From a virus: 64,000 nucleotides of DNA. The notes under the pieces are model-generated. The model was given only the letters and a program-made list of their open reading frames with translations. It was not told the origin of the DNA and searched no databases. Below are positions 20,610-31,300 of this stretch, piece after piece (the stretch's first letter is position 1; every line of letters starts with the position of its first letter). The stretch covers positions 29,085 through 93,084 of the IMG/VR virus record IMGVR_UViG_3300027710_000017, one strand, 5' to 3'. A program made the position numbers and the translations under genes.

Positions 20610-21185
20610 TTATAGATTGGTAGTATTGTAGGAGACGTTTCCCTGAGAATATCCCTTGGTGTGATAGCAATAATCTATGATAATCTTGTTTCCAGCATAG
20701 GTCCTGGCAGTACCAAAGTCAATAATATCCCTGGTTTCCTCTAGTTGATAGATTTTGATGTCGTGAAAATATACTGGTAAAAACTCACCTTTATAAAGCT
20801 TGGTTACTGGGTTATAATTTGGACTATTTACGATCCAAGCATTAAGATCTTCTGCTGATTCATCGCCACGATCTAGAAGATCCTGAACAACCTGGGTTGC
20901 AAAAACAAGTGCCTCAGAGTCGCTATGCATCTTATAGAAGTAGTAAAGTAGCTGCTCATCCTTAATGTGTGGGAAGGCACGCCTTCTCATCTTAAACATT
21001 CTGTCATATACCGCAAAAACATCAGCCGATGCGTCTGGGAAATTCTCAGTTAGTGCCTGAAGGTCTGTTGGGGCTGTAGGGAAAAACCTCATTATACTAC
21101 CATTAAATCTTTCTGGACCCAAAATTTCTGGGATCTTTTCCGAGAGATAGTCATTAATAAATATTGGTGGGTAAGAGTATGCCAT
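20610..21185 (-). CDS. tail terminator / neck protein
   Basis: Synteny just upstream of major tail gene. Confidence 0.55.
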   Translation of the reverse strand: MAYSYPPIFINDYLSEKIPEILGPERFNGSIMRFFPTAPTDLQALTENFPDASADVFAVYDRMFKMRRRAFPHIKDEQLLYYFYKMHSDSEALVFATQVVQDLLDRGDESAEDLNAWIVNSPNYNPVTKLYKGEFLPVYFHDIKIYQLEETRDIIDFGTARTYAGNKIIIDYCYHTKGYSQGNVSYNTTNL

Positions 21186-21853
21186 TATAAGACACCCGCC
21201 TTTCTAATCCAATTAAGCCCAACAGCAATGCCACGAGATCTACCGCCACGCTTAGCAGAGCTAAAATTAGTTTTAAAATCAACTGGGTTGCGAAGATAGT
21301 TTGCTATACCAGTTGACTCTAGAAAAGACTGCCTAAAGTATCTAGAGAAAAATGAATCAAACACTCTTTCATATTCTCCCTGTACCATACCACCTGGATT
21401 ATCTACTGTAACTGGAGCAGATGTAAAAACCTCTTCGCCATCATCCTCAAACGCAAGCACCTTTTGTTTAGGAACTATTGTTACTGGTATGCCATTCTCC
21501 ATTATTTCTGCCTTGTTGTAAAATGGAACAGTAGATCCATCTTTTATAGCTCTCGACTGCTTAAACTTAGAATTGAAAGAAAGGCCATTTCCTTTGACTG
21601 TATAAGTTAGATTAAATAATCTTGCATCTGGGGAACCCGTCTGGTTCCATTCGTATACGTGGTGTAGCAACTGAGGGTTTACCCTAGCGTTCGAATCTAT
21701 ATATTGCTTTAATGCTACCAAGGATGTTTCTCCAAATGATTTTAAAAAAGATGGTAGGCCTCTTTTTACACCATCTAAAAACCCAAAAGTATAGTCAACC
21801 ATATTATCCATATCACGCATAAACTTTTTATTATTAACTTTTAGCCTAATCAT
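21185..21853 (-). CDS. neck / tail completion protein
   Basis: Synteny; basic protein. Confidence 0.55.
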   Translation of the reverse strand: MIRLKVNNKKFMRDMDNMVDYTFGFLDGVKRGLPSFLKSFGETSLVALKQYIDSNARVNPQLLHHVYEWNQTGSPDARLFNLTYTVKGNGLSFNSKFKQSRAIKDGSTVPFYNKAEIMENGIPVTIVPKQKVLAFEDDGEEVFTSAPVTVDNPGGMVQGEYERVFDSFFSRYFRQSFLESTGIANYLRNPVDFKTNFSSAKRGGRSRGIAVGLNWIRKAGVL

Positions 21854-22302
21854 TATACGTCAGCCCCCTGGTTTTCTGACCTACGAATAATAATCTTATA
21901 ATATTCAGCATTTCCAAAAGGACCAACGAATGGCTGGTTTGTTGCCACTTCAAAAATAGTAGACTTTCCCTTTCTTGGTCCAGCTGTTTCTGTGTATAAA
22001 GGGTTGCAGTTCTTGTCACGGATATTTGTGATAATTACATTTGTAATTGCATTCTCAGACTTCCTGCTTGATATTCTTATGTCTTCTCTGGCTCTTCCAA
22101 TTAGAACATTGTCCTGAGTTATATCAACGTTTGGCTTAATTTCTTCTTTCCATGCTGTACCAGCAGTATTAAAATTACAGGCAATAGTCCTGTCTAGGAT
22201 CCAACTTTTCTTAACATTTCCTAAAGCTGTCTGCTCAACTATTGGGTAAAAAATGTCTGCTTCCATGGGAAACATGAAGTCTGTCTTGTCTCCGCATGCC
22301 AT
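21853..22302 (-). CDS. head closure (stopper) protein
   Basis: Synteny and size. Confidence 0.55.
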   Translation of the reverse strand: MACGDKTDFMFPMEADIFYPIVEQTALGNVKKSWILDRTIACNFNTAGTAWKEEIKPNVDITQDNVLIGRAREDIRISSRKSENAITNVIITNIRDKNCNPLYTETAGPRKGKSTIFEVATNQPFVGPFGNAEYYKIIIRRSENQGADV

Positions 22303-23180
22303 TAAAAAACTCCTAATGACTTAATGGGCCTGTGATACTTAGAAAGTATCTTGTCCACTAAAATGTTCCCCGTTCCATCAAAAACGCCTGCATCAAATTT
22401 GATCTTAAACTGATCTGTGCTATAGTCAGAAATGTATCTCTTGTAATAGTCTAATTTTCCACAATCAATGTCTTCTACTAGAAGCTCCGTTGCTCTTACA
22501 ATGTCTGATGGAATTTTTGCATAACCAAATTCAGCAATAATGGTATAGTCAAATCCTTTGGGGAAGCCCCTAAAGGAAAAATTAAGATCTAGCATGTCGG
22601 AGCCACCAGCTGGAAGGATGTTCGGGGCAGACTCATTTCTATTAATAATTTCAGTAGTGGACTCTTGGACTCCAAGCCTACTCTTATCTATCTCGTACTT
22701 AACGGTATAGATATCTGGATTCGAGGAATCAAACACCAAGATATTATTTTCATATAGCTTCAAAAGCTTTTTTACGTCATCCCAGATTGGCAAAAGATCG
22801 GCACCGAGACCGACTGTGGAATAAGACTTTTTCCTATAGTAAAACCCATCTGAGACTACAGAATCAATGATTGCTCTGGCTAGCTCTTCATTTTTTGCAT
22901 ACTTCTCTATCTCGGTAGCTGTCTCGCCTTTTGTGTTTGGGTCGACATACGGCCTAACGACTTCAACAATGTATTCTTCGTCGTCGATATTAATTGTGTA
23001 AGTGTTGTCATATCTTGATGGCAAGGACAGAGTTACATTTGAAGATGAGTTTGATGTTGCAGTTCCAGAAATAGTTGAGGAGTCCGCCATATCCAAAATG
23101 GTGTATTCGTAGCTAGTTCCAGTTGAACTAACAGAAATTGTGACATCTGTATTATATGGCGGAACTCTCAAAATTTGCAT
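22302..23180 (-). CDS. head-tail adaptor protein
   Basis: GYAKIPSDIVRATELLV...VDKILSKY adaptor motif. Confidence 0.7.
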   Translation of the reverse strand: MQILRVPPYNTDVTISVSSTGTSYEYTILDMADSSTISGTATSNSSSNVTLSLPSRYDNTYTINIDDEEYIVEVVRPYVDPNTKGETATEIEKYAKNEELARAIIDSVVSDGFYYRKKSYSTVGLGADLLPIWDDVKKLLKLYENNILVFDSSNPDIYTVKYEIDKSRLGVQESTTEIINRNESAPNILPAGGSDMLDLNFSFRGFPKGFDYTIIAEFGYAKIPSDIVRATELLVEDIDCGKLDYYKRYISDYSTDQFKIKFDAGVFDGTGNILVDKILSKYHRPIKSLGVF

Positions 23181-23639
23181 TTACTTGCCAAACTCCCTTG
23201 CAACCTCTTCTGGAGTTGCTGTTCTAACATGGCTACGAGATAGCCAAGATTCAGCCTGTTCTGGTGTAACAAGATTATAGCCCTTATAAACTTTTCCGAC
23301 TGAGCTCCAGGTTACATTTTTTGTTGAATAGATTGCAACCTTTTCAACCTTTGGCTTGGTATTTACAGGCTCAGCCTTTGGCTTTCTTGCAACCTTGCCT
23401 GTTCCAATTACTCCGTTAGCAACAGAGGTAATTCCAGCAACGGTGCCATCCCCCAAAGAAGTGCTCTGCTTTTCATTGGTAATAACATTATCTGTATTTG
23501 GCTTAACTTCTACAGCCTGCTTGACTTCAACCTTTTCGGAAAGGTCTTCTTTAACTTCAGGCTTTTCTTCTAGAACTAGCTCATCTTCAGTTTCTAAAAT
23601 TTCAGAAGCAAGCTCTTCGCTGTTATTTTCTTCGGACAT
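23181..23639 (-). CDS. hypothetical protein (capsid-associated region)
   Basis: RBS AGGAGA and own extended -10 promoter. Confidence 0.65.
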   Translation of the reverse strand: MSEENNSEELASEILETEDELVLEEKPEVKEDLSEKVEVKQAVEVKPNTDNVITNEKQSTSLGDGTVAGITSVANGVIGTGKVARKPKAEPVNTKPKVEKVAIYSTKNVTWSSVGKVYKGYNLVTPEQAESWLSRSHVRTATPEEVAREFGK

Positions 23640-23681
23640 AGTGTCTCCTTCTATTTATTTAATTATATCAGATTAATGAAT

Positions 23682-23713
23682 AAAGGGGCAGGAGCTAGAT
23701 GCCCCTGCCCCCT
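23682..23713 (-). terminator. terminator after major capsid gene
   Basis: AGGGGCAGG...CCTGCCCCCT inverted repeat plus T-tract. Confidence 0.7.
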
Positions 23714-23730
23714 CAATTTGTTTCTATGGT

Positions 23731-24861
23731 TTAGCTGTCAGCAGCTGCGTCAGCGAACGCAATTGCGTCCTCTTCTTCCCACTGTACACCAAAGCGAATG
23801 AACACAGTGTATTCAATTGTGTCCTTCTTTGGCTGGTACTGACGGTTAACTGTGATGTCCCTCTGGAATCCCCACACACGGTTCTGTGGGAATGTAAGGT
23901 CTACGTAACCATCTGGGTAGTAAGGAACTTCCTGAACGTCAATTCCTAGAACACGGGTAGTGCGAGCACCACCAAATGTCTGACCCTGTCCATCTAGGTA
24001 AGCCTGGGTGTTAGCCGCAGTGTTACCGTTCTTTCCAAGAGCCTCAGCAATTGCGTCAGATAGTGTTCCGTTGTTCTTTACGATACCCTGGAACGCATCG
24101 GTACCTGCATAGAACTTCAAGTTAGACTTGATTGCACGGTACTTACGTGGCAGAGCTAGAACAATCTGCTGCATAACCTCTGGAGTCCATGCATTGTCTG
24201 CTACTGTTACCAGCGCTTCGTGTGCATCTCCGTTAGTCTTTACCTTGTTGACAAAACCGTTCATGATTGAAAGGAATGGGTCTGAACCCGCTCCTGTACC
24301 ATTAATGGCTAGGTCTTCGATGTCATTGGCAAAGGCATTTGTCATTAGACGGACCAAGTGATCCTCTAGTGCAGCCCCCTCAATACCATCTTCGAGAGCT
24401 TCCGCTGAGACTTCCCAGTCTAGGCGGATCTTCTTTGTTGTTAGTTCTACCTTTGAGAACTGAGCGCCAGCGTTTGTGTAGTCACCTACAGCCTGAGCTG
24501 CGGCACGAATTACACGCTCACCAACGTTAACCTTTTCAAGTTCCATGGTGTTGGCTCGCATAGTTACACGACGACCATCCTTGGCGAGTACAGTTGCATC
24601 CCATACGTAGTCAATAAAACGACGTGCCTGTTCAGGGCGTAGAATACCACTGCCTGCATCACCCGAAGGATTTACAGCGTTTGGTCCAGTAGTTAGACCA
24701 TATTCAGCGTTTGGGATGTTACCCAGTGTGTTAGCACCTGGATCTGTTACTCCACCAATACCACCAGATGCAAACGCACCCTGACCTTGGAAAGTACCAG
24801 AGGCTGTGCCACCTAGTTCACCAGTTTCTCCTGGCTGATTCTTAATAATCTCTTCCGACAT
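23731..24861 (-). CDS. major capsid protein (HK97 fold)
   Basis: GILRPEQARRFID...LEDGIEG...FANDIEDLAINGTG; start reassigned to MSEE at 24861 behind RBS GGAGGTG. Confidence 0.93.
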   Translation of the reverse strand: MSEEIIKNQPGETGELGGTASGTFQGQGAFASGGIGGVTDPGANTLGNIPNAEYGLTTGPNAVNPSGDAGSGILRPEQARRFIDYVWDATVLAKDGRRVTMRANTMELEKVNVGERVIRAAAQAVGDYTNAGAQFSKVELTTKKIRLDWEVSAEALEDGIEGAALEDHLVRLMTNAFANDIEDLAINGTGAGSDPFLSIMNGFVNKVKTNGDAHEALVTVADNAWTPEVMQQIVLALPRKYRAIKSNLKFYAGTDAFQGIVKNNGTLSDAIAEALGKNGNTAANTQAYLDGQGQTFGGARTTRVLGIDVQEVPYYPDGYVDLTFPQNRVWGFQRDITVNRQYQPKKDTIEYTVFIRFGVQWEEEDAIAFADAAADS

Positions 24862-24886
24862 ATTGTCACCTCCTAAGTGATTTTGT

Positions 24887-26230
24887 TTATTTGAATAAAT
24901 CGGCAGTTTTGAGGAAACGTCCGCCCCATAGGGATTTCTCAACCTTTTCTGGTTGAAACTGTACGATCTCGCCTAGATCGCCAGACTTACGAAAAGCAGT
25001 ATCTGCCTCAACGGCGTCAACTCGCTTTCCAAAATTGTCAAACTCTGATGCTGCCTGCGCAAGTTCACCCTTTACGGATGAAAGCTCGCCCTTGACAAGA
25101 CCAAGAGATTTGTTTAGTTCCGAAACCTGTTCGTGCAAAGACTTTACAGTTTCGGCTAGATCGCTAAAGGCTGATGTTAGAGTACTCTGGATTTCAGTAA
25201 CTGCATTAGCAATTACTTCTTCCGACTTAGATACCTCATCGACTTCTGGTGCAGATTCAGACTTCATTTCGTCCTCAGACTTCATCTCGTCTTCATCCAT
25301 ATCAGCGGACTTGACTTCTTCTTCATCCATAGATTTCTCTTCAGATTTGGTCTCGTCGTTGTCCATAGACTTTTCTACTGCATCTTCAGTTGTGGCATCT
25401 GCCTCTGGAGCGACCTGTGCTTCTTCAACTACCTCGTCGTTTTTTACGACATCTTCAGTTGTTTCATTCATAGGATTTCCCTCCCTGTTAATCTTAGAAG
25501 TATTAATGCCTTTAGCACTATCAACTAAGAACTTTATCATTTCTGTTTTTTCGCTGTCGTTTTTTTCAACGAAACCTATGTTCTTCATTGCAGATCCATC
25601 TATTGGACTCTCTTCAGACTCTTCAGATGAAACCTTTACGATTCCGTTCGACACGTCCCAAAAAACATTTTCAAATTCTACGTCAAGGTTCTCTCCCTTG
25701 ATCATGTCTACTCCGTCTACCTTTTCAATAGAAAGGATATTAGCAAACTGGTTGGCTGGATTGTCTACAAGAGAAAGCTCTACAAGATCGTAGTCTTTGA
25801 TGATTCTGATTGATTTATCTATTGACTCATCGTATCCGTCATCCCACTTATTCATCTTGCCACCGATTGAAAATCCAGAAAGAGTTCCGTCCAAAACCTT
25901 TTCCCAAGTATTTTGTGCACCCTTAGAAATATACGCAGAAACAAAAACTCCAGAATAGAATTTTTTGGTGTCTGCATCGAAGAACTTCTCTTCTTTAAAA
26001 TTAACCATTTTGCCAACAGATAGTGGCTGGTGCATCTCACGGATATTTCCACGGAATTTCTTAAAAGCCTTTACACTAGCTTCTGTAGTAACTATGTCTG
26101 CCTGCTTGTCAACATTGTCAAGTGTGGCAAATCCTGAAACGATCCTTCGTTCCTGGTCAACCTTACTAAATGGCATAGACAGTCTTACACTGTCGCCATC
26201 CATATCCCATTGCGCTTTTGACATAGTCAT
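24887..26230 (-). CDS. prohead protease fused to scaffold
   Basis: IVSGFAT, REMH, GFSIGG, ELSLVDNPAN (HK97-type protease) plus acidic coiled-coil C-half. Confidence 0.92.
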   Translation of the reverse strand: MTMSKAQWDMDGDSVRLSMPFSKVDQERRIVSGFATLDNVDKQADIVTTEASVKAFKKFRGNIREMHQPLSVGKMVNFKEEKFFDADTKKFYSGVFVSAYISKGAQNTWEKVLDGTLSGFSIGGKMNKWDDGYDESIDKSIRIIKDYDLVELSLVDNPANQFANILSIEKVDGVDMIKGENLDVEFENVFWDVSNGIVKVSSEESEESPIDGSAMKNIGFVEKNDSEKTEMIKFLVDSAKGINTSKINREGNPMNETTEDVVKNDEVVEEAQVAPEADATTEDAVEKSMDNDETKSEEKSMDEEEVKSADMDEDEMKSEDEMKSESAPEVDEVSKSEEVIANAVTEIQSTLTSAFSDLAETVKSLHEQVSELNKSLGLVKGELSSVKGELAQAASEFDNFGKRVDAVEADTAFRKSGDLGEIVQFQPEKVEKSLWGGRFLKTADLFK

Positions 26231-26300
26231 TCTATTCCAATTATATCGCTTTTTTATCAAATTGTTATATTTTATAGATAAAGGACCATTATATCAGATT

Positions 26301-27929
26301 TTATTCTGAAGAGCGGCCCTCTCCTTGAGCATTTCTACCTGATATGGTAGCCGTGCTGTCGGATTGGTTATTTGTTCTCTCGGCGTCCCTCTGGCGGTTA
26401 CCAGCCAAGTTTGCCCTAGAGTCTGCAGTCTGTCTGGCAGACATCTCAAAAGGATCGTCTCCGTCTGGCCTTTGAGGCAAACCAAGAACCTCTCTAGCTT
26501 CGTTCGGAACCATAATCTGAGTCTTAACATAACGCTCTAGAATCTGAGACTGGGCTATTTCGTCTGTCAAAGTTAGCTCGTTAAACTTTAATTCTAGAAC
26601 ATCCGTTTTTTCTTTTACTATTCTATTAATAAGCTTTTCGACAGTTCTTTGTAAAGGTCTTGCTACCTGCTCTTTGAATGTGCGATCTTGAGAAAGAGCA
26701 GCAGCTATGTTAGATGCATCGGATCCACCTATCTTAGATAGTGGCACCTGATGTGCAACAAGGATGTCGTCACGGTTTCTTAGTCTATAGTCATTAAAGG
26801 ATGCCTCTTGAACATTGTTTTCGACTGGCTTCATCTCAAACTCTACCTTGTTTTGGTCAGTGTCACCTGGCAATGGGATGTAGAGGGTTCTGTGAGACTG
26901 CCCTTTAAGATTAGTCTGCATAAATCTAAATAGCTTGTCCTCTGCCTCAGAAGAAAGCTTGGCACCCTTTAGGGTAAAGATATATCTAGGAACAGCCTTA
27001 TTGCTGAAGTAATCGATATTGTACTGAGACGCAAGCTGGTCTCCATGCAAAGAAGAAACTGCAGACATAATGTCTGGAATTCCGTAGTATGTGTTTAATG
27101 GAGAGTACTGCTTGAAGTGGATGATCTCATTTGGTCTTGGATCTTCTGTAATTGGGTTAGCATTGGTTGCTTCAAAGTTTCTAAAGTAAACAACCTTATT
27201 TCCTATAATCTGAACAAAGCCATCCTTTAGTCTACGGACACGCATTGTAGTTGCTGGAATGTGTCCGATGTACCCGATTTCCCCACGGGTAGTTCTTCCA
27301 ATTTCAAGATAGCCATTTCCAGTAGATTCATAATCGGTGAGAACCTTCATCATAATATTTGTAAAAGCTTCTTCGTCATTAAGATTTTCTATCCAGTCAC
27401 GCATCTCCATCTTTATTCTTTCGATGCGCTTTCTTGCCTTTTCTCTTGCAGAGTCATTTTCGTTAGACTCTAACAGCATCAGAGTTCTGTCAGATACGTG
27501 AAAGTCATAGCCGAGGCCTACAGTATTCTGCACCTTTGCATCAATTGCCGCATGGTTGGCAAAAGAGGTGTCGTAAAAGTTTGCTAGCTCATATAGATTC
27601 CATGGAGGGGTAATTACGTCAAACATGCCGTAACCATTACGATAGACAGTTCCTGGATTTATCTCTTTCGAGGTAGCTCCATTTACTCCAGAATTAATAG
27701 CTAGGGCACTGTCCAAATAAACAGGACTAGACGTATCTAGACTTTTAGGAACCTGAGTTTCGTATGCCTTAGACATTCTATCTGTTCTACGCTTAAAGTT
27801 TTTTTCTAAGCCAGTTAACCCTTTAAGTTCATTCCAGGCTTTATCAAATGGGTCTTTCGACTTAAACTCATTCTCAACATCGCCAGTCTCTGGAAGTCCA
27901 AGATCTCTAATGTAGTGTTCTTCTGACAT
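26301..27929 (-). CDS. portal protein
   Basis: DYESTGNGYLEI, EIIHFK, YYGIP, YFSNKAVP, PNEAREVLGLP. Confidence 0.95.
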   Translation of the reverse strand: MSEEHYIRDLGLPETGDVENEFKSKDPFDKAWNELKGLTGLEKNFKRRTDRMSKAYETQVPKSLDTSSPVYLDSALAINSGVNGATSKEINPGTVYRNGYGMFDVITPPWNLYELANFYDTSFANHAAIDAKVQNTVGLGYDFHVSDRTLMLLESNENDSAREKARKRIERIKMEMRDWIENLNDEEAFTNIMMKVLTDYESTGNGYLEIGRTTRGEIGYIGHIPATTMRVRRLKDGFVQIIGNKVVYFRNFEATNANPITEDPRPNEIIHFKQYSPLNTYYGIPDIMSAVSSLHGDQLASQYNIDYFSNKAVPRYIFTLKGAKLSSEAEDKLFRFMQTNLKGQSHRTLYIPLPGDTDQNKVEFEMKPVENNVQEASFNDYRLRNRDDILVAHQVPLSKIGGSDASNIAAALSQDRTFKEQVARPLQRTVEKLINRIVKEKTDVLELKFNELTLTDEIAQSQILERYVKTQIMVPNEAREVLGLPQRPDGDDPFEMSARQTADSRANLAGNRQRDAERTNNQSDSTATISGRNAQGEGRSSE

Positions 27930-28300
27930 TACTCTTCATCTCCATAAAGCTCTAAAGTCTTCTTGGCAGCAATAACGGCACCAAGGTCATTCATGGATGG
28001 GATAAGCCCCTGCTTCATCCTGTCCATTTGCTCAGAGTATTCCTCATCGCTGATTCTGGCAGTTCCTGGGAAAAATATTGGAGTTCCGTCTGGCTCACCG
28101 TGGTAAGTAGCAGCTTGCTTTAGTTTGGCGATCTGATTTTCGTCACCCTTATTTGCTGGAACGTTTAGAACGTTACCGTTACCGTCGGTAAACCACTTTC
28201 CATTAGACTTTTTCCAGACGTAAACGCCCCACGCATACCCAGTTGGCTCTACCAGTGTTAGCTTTGCTTTACCAAGAGCCTCTGCAAATTTATCTTCCAT
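27929..28300 (-). CDS. hypothetical protein upstream of portal
   Basis: ORF; leaderless start 7 nt after GTGGTATACT. Confidence 0.7.
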   Translation of the reverse strand: MEDKFAEALGKAKLTLVEPTGYAWGVYVWKKSNGKWFTDGNGNVLNVPANKGDENQIAKLKQAATYHGEPDGTPIFFPGTARISDEEYSEQMDRMKQGLIPSMNDLGAVIAAKKTLELYGDEE

Positions 28301-28318
28301 AACCATAAGTATACCACA

Positions 28319-31300
28319 TTATACTGCCTGGTATACTTGTGAACGCCAAGAAATATCCTCAGCAACCGTATATGAGTAATCTCCGAACCTAGTCTCGACC
28401 TCATCATCGATGATTATCTTATTTGTTCCAGTATATATCTTATATATGTCGGATGGATTGACTCCATAATAGCTAGTTGTTGCAATTACTAAGACATTTT
28501 CCCATAAAAATGGGAATTTCCAGTAATCCCACTCTAGTTCTATAGTTTCTGCTAACTTTACCTTAAACCATGGTCTCTCAATAACTGTCTGAACCTCTTG
28601 CAGGTTTGTTGATTTGTAATAAGATATGTTATTGTATGTCAATGGTGCTGTTAACCTGAGTGCACCAGCATAGTTCCCAAACTCTTGAGTATTTGAAAAC
28701 CTAATGCCGATCATAGCCCATTCTTTTATAGTTAGGATAGGGTCTTTAACAAGCTTTCCATTTAAGAAAAAGGACAGGCCATTTTCTAACTTTCCCTCAT
28801 CACTAATTGCGTAAACCTTAGCACGCTTACCAGCAGAGTCTACAGCAACCATGTAAAACTTTATGTATGAGTTTTTGCTCTGTATTTCAAATATCTTGGT
28901 AGGGGCATATGGAAAGAAGTCCTGGTCAAATCTCATGGCAAGCTGCATAGCAATAACTTTATAGTTGTCAGACTTTGCTTCATTTATAGGCACCGAGATT
29001 CCCCTATTTACCAGTGGGTCATAAGATCCACGCATGGTTATACCGCTATTTCTGGTCAGGTAAAGGTAGGGGGTGCTTCCCTTATATATAGAAAATGGAT
29101 TCTTTTCTTTATAGGTAAAGTAAAATCCATCTTTTCTGTATGGATAAATATCATTTCCAAACCTTGTTCCTATCGACGTTGGAGCAGTTTCAGATAGGGA
29201 CATTGATGCATACTCCAAAGCTTTTATAGATATTGGATTATCTGAAATACTGTTTGATGACATTTCTATGTGAGTTACTATAGCTATGTCTTCAAAAGCT
29301 ATAGACTGTGGAGGATAAATGATCATATTGTCAACTACCTCATACCTAGTGCTTAGCCAGTCATCTCCTGGAGATATAACCCCATCCTTAGGAGCAAGCT
29401 CTGTATTTGGAAAATTATCAGCTGACGTGTTTGCACCGTTTTCTAAAAGTTGAAAAGTTATGTAGGTTTTTACAACTGAGTTAGACGTGTCATATTTATA
29501 GGAGCTTACAGACTTATTTTTTAAATCTTCATAATTCTCATAGCCAGTGACCAACTGATTATCTAAGGAGTCGTATCCTCTTTGAACTGGATTCGAATAC
29601 TGATCCTGAAGCTCTTGGTACGTCCAGCTTCCTGCAGTTTCATCTTGCACAAACAGGGATGGTGATGGGTAATTGATATTAAACTGTATAAAGTCTAGAT
29701 CAAGCTTTTCATCGCCCCTAGGATCTAGAACATTTTTTGCAAAGAATGAAAGTGGCACATAGTCTTGCCAAGAAGAGTCTGCAGCTACAAGGAGTCCAAA
29801 TCCTGAAAGGTTTTCTCCAGGAGCTATCCCATAGCTAGGTGTGTGACTACTGATAACTGACTCCGAGTATCCCTTAAGTGTTCCACCATCGTATAAAAAT
29901 TCAAAAATAGAGTTATTGTACAAACCAGCATCGGCCACACTTAAATGTGGTAGAGCTCCATCGACAAAGTCATCAGTTAGTGGTAAACCATCCTGACCAA
30001 AAACAGATGATATTTTGCTTAGGTTTTTTGCTGAGCAAAAGCCAATGCTATAAATCTTGCCGCCGAACGGCTGCGAGAAGTCTTTTCTGCTTCCAACATA
30101 AACAGATGGAGATGATAGCTTTCCAAAAAATTGAGCAGCCTTACCGCCATAGTAATCTGAAAACTTTCTTATATCTAATGCGATAGCTCCCTTTTCTCCG
30201 ATTCCAGCCATAGATGGTCTAGATACGAATGCTATTAAGTTAGACTCTCCCCTTTCATTAATAACATAGCTTATTCCGCTGGCACTAAGTTTAATCTCAA
30301 AAGTTGTTTCTGATGATCGGTCTTCAATAACTAGCAAGGTTTGTTCTGAAGATGGCAAGGACCCTTCTTTGCATACAACGTATATACCACGAATTTCTTC
30401 ATTTGCAAGATTTGCATTTTCAAAAAATAAGTGCCCGCTTGAAGAGCTCCAAGAAGAGTTAGGTCTTATTTTAATAAAATAGTCAGATTCGTTTTGGGCC
30501 TCTTCTAAGTCTAAAAGCCACTCACTTTCTGTTTTATTGTTAAATTTAGCCACTGGAGCACTGTATGATGGAAAAGAAATAGAGTTTCCATCAATCAACA
30601 GGTTGTCGTAAGCCCCCTGCCTCCACTTTCCTAAGCTAGGATAGTTGTAGTTTTTAGAATATTTGGAAAATGGATAGTCAATAAAAACAGAGCTACCGCT
30701 GTAAGCATTATTTATGTTTTCTGGGAACTCTACCCCCTGGCCATACACAAATCTTCTTTTTGCCATTTGGTTTGGAACTTTGTAGCCATAGATTGCCACA
30801 CCATCTAGGTCTATTGGAGAAACGTCTTCGTAAGACCAAAACCCAACCCAATCATTGTCTAACATTACTTCTTCTGAAAGAAAGGTAGTTGATTCTGGAA
30901 AATCTAATTCTTCAACATTTATAGAGATCTCTCCTACCTGCTCTCCATTTATTACTAAACTTACAGATGATGCCGAATACCTTATTTGAATTAGCATTGG
31001 CCTATACCACTGTCCGACATAATGTCTAACAATATACTTGCCAACCTTTAGCGATAGGCTTGCCCCCTTAACATACAGACCATCTAAACCACGAATATTT
31101 CCAAAAATTCTTTTTTCTTCTGTTGTATCGGAATTTATTCTTGCCCAAAACTCAAATGTGTAGTCTTTATATTGACCAGACTTATTTAAAAACCCTTGTC
31201 CTGGAACAATTAAAGATGGGACTATACCACCACTCTGCTGAACAATAGTGCTATTGGTTGCACCGTATACCAAGGGTATTCCAGAATTTTTTGCAGAAAG

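Noticed and set aside
25035-25793. 252-aa Ser-rich + strand ORF
   Set aside because: Mirror of the Glu/Asp-rich scaffold codons
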